Shown here piece after piece: positions 62,126 through 64,000 of a stretch of 64,000 nt of DNA. The translations under genes and the position numbers were made by a program. The stretch is from Squalus acanthias (Eukaryota). The stretch lies in assembly GCA_030390025.1 (NCBI GenBank), contig CM059432.1, positions 39,062,001-39,126,000 of the forward strand, in the 5' to 3' direction. Positions within the stretch are counted from its first letter, which is position 1. The number at the start of each line of letters is the position of its first letter. The notes below the pieces were generated by a model that had not been told where the DNA came from, did no database searches, and saw nothing but the letters and a program-made list of their open reading frames with translations.

Positions 62126-63980
62126 TATTGTTCCAGAAACTGTCTCAAATACACTCTAGAAATTTGCTGCATTCACTATTTGAGCTGTTCTGCTTCTCCC
62201 AGTCAATGTAAACATTAAAATCTCCCATTATAACTGCATTGGTTTTACTACATGCTTTCCCGATCTCCATATTTATACATCCCATCAGTACTATCAGGAG
62301 GTCTGTAGACAACTCACACCAGGGTCTTGCATCCTTTACTGTTCATTAACATCTACCTATGCTGTTTCCATTGCCTGCTCACCCTTACTGAAATCCATTC
62401 TTTTTACTTCTGTTATTATGTCGTTTATCAATATTGCTACTCCTCCTCCTTTCCCAGTCCTTTCAAAAGACCTTATAGCCTGAAATATTTAGCTCCCAGT
62501 CATGCCAGCTTGTAGCCAAGAATGTAGGAACAGGAGAAGGTCATTCAACACCTCAAGCCTGTTCCACCATTCAATTAGATCATGGCTGACCATACCCTTC
62601 TAGCTCGCTTATTTTGTTCCTTATGCTATGTGCATTTGTGCACAGAACTCTTATTTGGGTAACTGCCCCTACCTGCCCATATGTCCTGCTGGACTTTTTC
62701 TCACACTTTTTGATGTCATAATTTTTGTGGCTGATCCTCTGTACATTGTTATACAGGCAATTTAATATATTCTAAGGGGGTGAAATTGGGTTTGGGACAA
62801 TAATTTTTAAAAGTTTGGAAAATTAGCGCCAGGTGCTATGTTTTTCAAACTTTAAAAAAATGTGATTTTCTCGCTGCAAGAGGGAAGTGGAGCACTAAAT
62901 CAAGCGCTCCACTTCCCTCTTGGAGCGCGATCGGCATCAGGCGGGGTGGTGAGTTCTGCAGCACTGCACATTGGGCCGTGCAGTGCTGCCGCTTTGGAAG
63001 GCTCCTTCCCTCCCTTAAAGGGAAGGACCATCGCTGCAGGCTCTGCAAAAGAAAGGGCACCTACCTGGACCACCAAGGGAGCGGTGAACATGCGCGATCA
63101 GCCCGGCACCCACTTAGAGTGCTGGGCTGATCGATCGCGGGCAGGAACCCGCGAAAAAAAACGGATCAAAAAAGGTAAGTTTTTTTTTACTTACCTCGGC
63201 CACCTTGCCTTTAAGCATCACCCCCAAAGTGGCTGGTCATCTGATGCATGTTTCCTGAAGCTGCCGTTGTTTTTGCCCGGCGATGCTTCAGGGGGTGGAA
63301 ATGAATATCAGGTCCGGGGCGCTACCGGGGCGATGTGTGGCTGGATGATGTCATGATCTCTGGCCGCAGGCCGGCGTGGCGATAGGGGTTACTGCCACCA
63401 CAAACCGGCAGGTCAATTTCACGGGTGGTGGTAACATCACCACGCCCAGGCAGTAAGACCTTAGCGCCTTGTTATTGCCCCCCAGAGGTGATAATGGGAG
63501 GCGCTAAGGCACTGAATTTCTAGCCCTTATTTTTCACACCTGCTTTATTTTTAACAGGTATTTTATTATTACTTCCTATAACCTTTTCTGTACCCAAAGT
63601 ATTTATATTATCTTTATGACTTTTTGTACTCTTACCTTTGCTTTCATCCCTTTAAGTTACTATCATTTCTAATATTATTTGTACCCGAAACCTCCACCCC
63701 CTCTATTGGTTTAAAGGCCTTTTTAAAGCCCTATTTATCCTTTTTGTTAGGACCTTGACCCCAACCCAGTTCAGCTAGAGCCTAGAGATTACCACCATTG
63801 AGGTCCTGCCTTTTAATTTAGCACCTAGCTCCTGATACTCCCTTAGCAGGACCTCTTCCTATGTTATTGGTTCCGACATGGATCACGACAACTGGTTCTT
63901 CCACCTGCCTTTCCAAAATTCTTTCCAGCCACTTTGAGATATCCCTTAGCCTGGCACCAGGTAGGTAACACACCACTTTT
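62126..63980 (-). mobile_element. Old CR1 remnants (ORF1 esterase and APE pieces) split by a MITE
   Basis: Minus strand CYLPGARLRD and VVVIHVGTNN near 63860-63970. GDFN and CLQTS/YRPP-like pieces near 62220-62320. Confidence 0.65.
62776..63526. mobile_element. Complete Harbinger-type MITE (~750 bp)
   Basis: TIRs GGGGGTGAAATT / AATTTCTAGCCC, flanks TAA/TTA. Confidence 0.85.
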
Positions 63981-64000
63981 GCTTCCCCACTCAGGCCCCG

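Overview
Eukaryotic DNA consisting almost entirely of transposable elements, most likely from a cartilaginous fish (shark). This is inferred from HE1/V-SINE-like and Deu-domain SINEs and abundant CR1 LINEs with octamer tails. No host protein-coding gene could be supported. The window holds two full-length decayed CR1 LINEs and many truncated ones, one RTE LINE, L2 remnants, two small hAT MITEs and a possible solo LTR. It also holds about 15 PIF/Harbinger DNA transposons and MITEs, often nested. Main observations: (1) an ORF1-less APE-RT LINE (35328-39085, minus) begins with a tRNA-derived box A/box B SINE-like head, and one 10-bp direct repeat brackets head and ORF together. (2) A structurally complete Harbinger (15112-19206) carries an open transposase and a convergent three-exon Myb/SANT gene (444 aa after splicing) that the ORF track shows only in pieces. 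(3) A second Harbinger transposase is scrambled by two reciprocal, locally templated inverted duplications. (4) A SINE subfamily appears to have acquired a second LINE tail. (5) A broken hammerhead-ribozyme core lies in a Penelope-like fragment. Family names come from motif recognition, not database searches. Coordinates were counted by hand.
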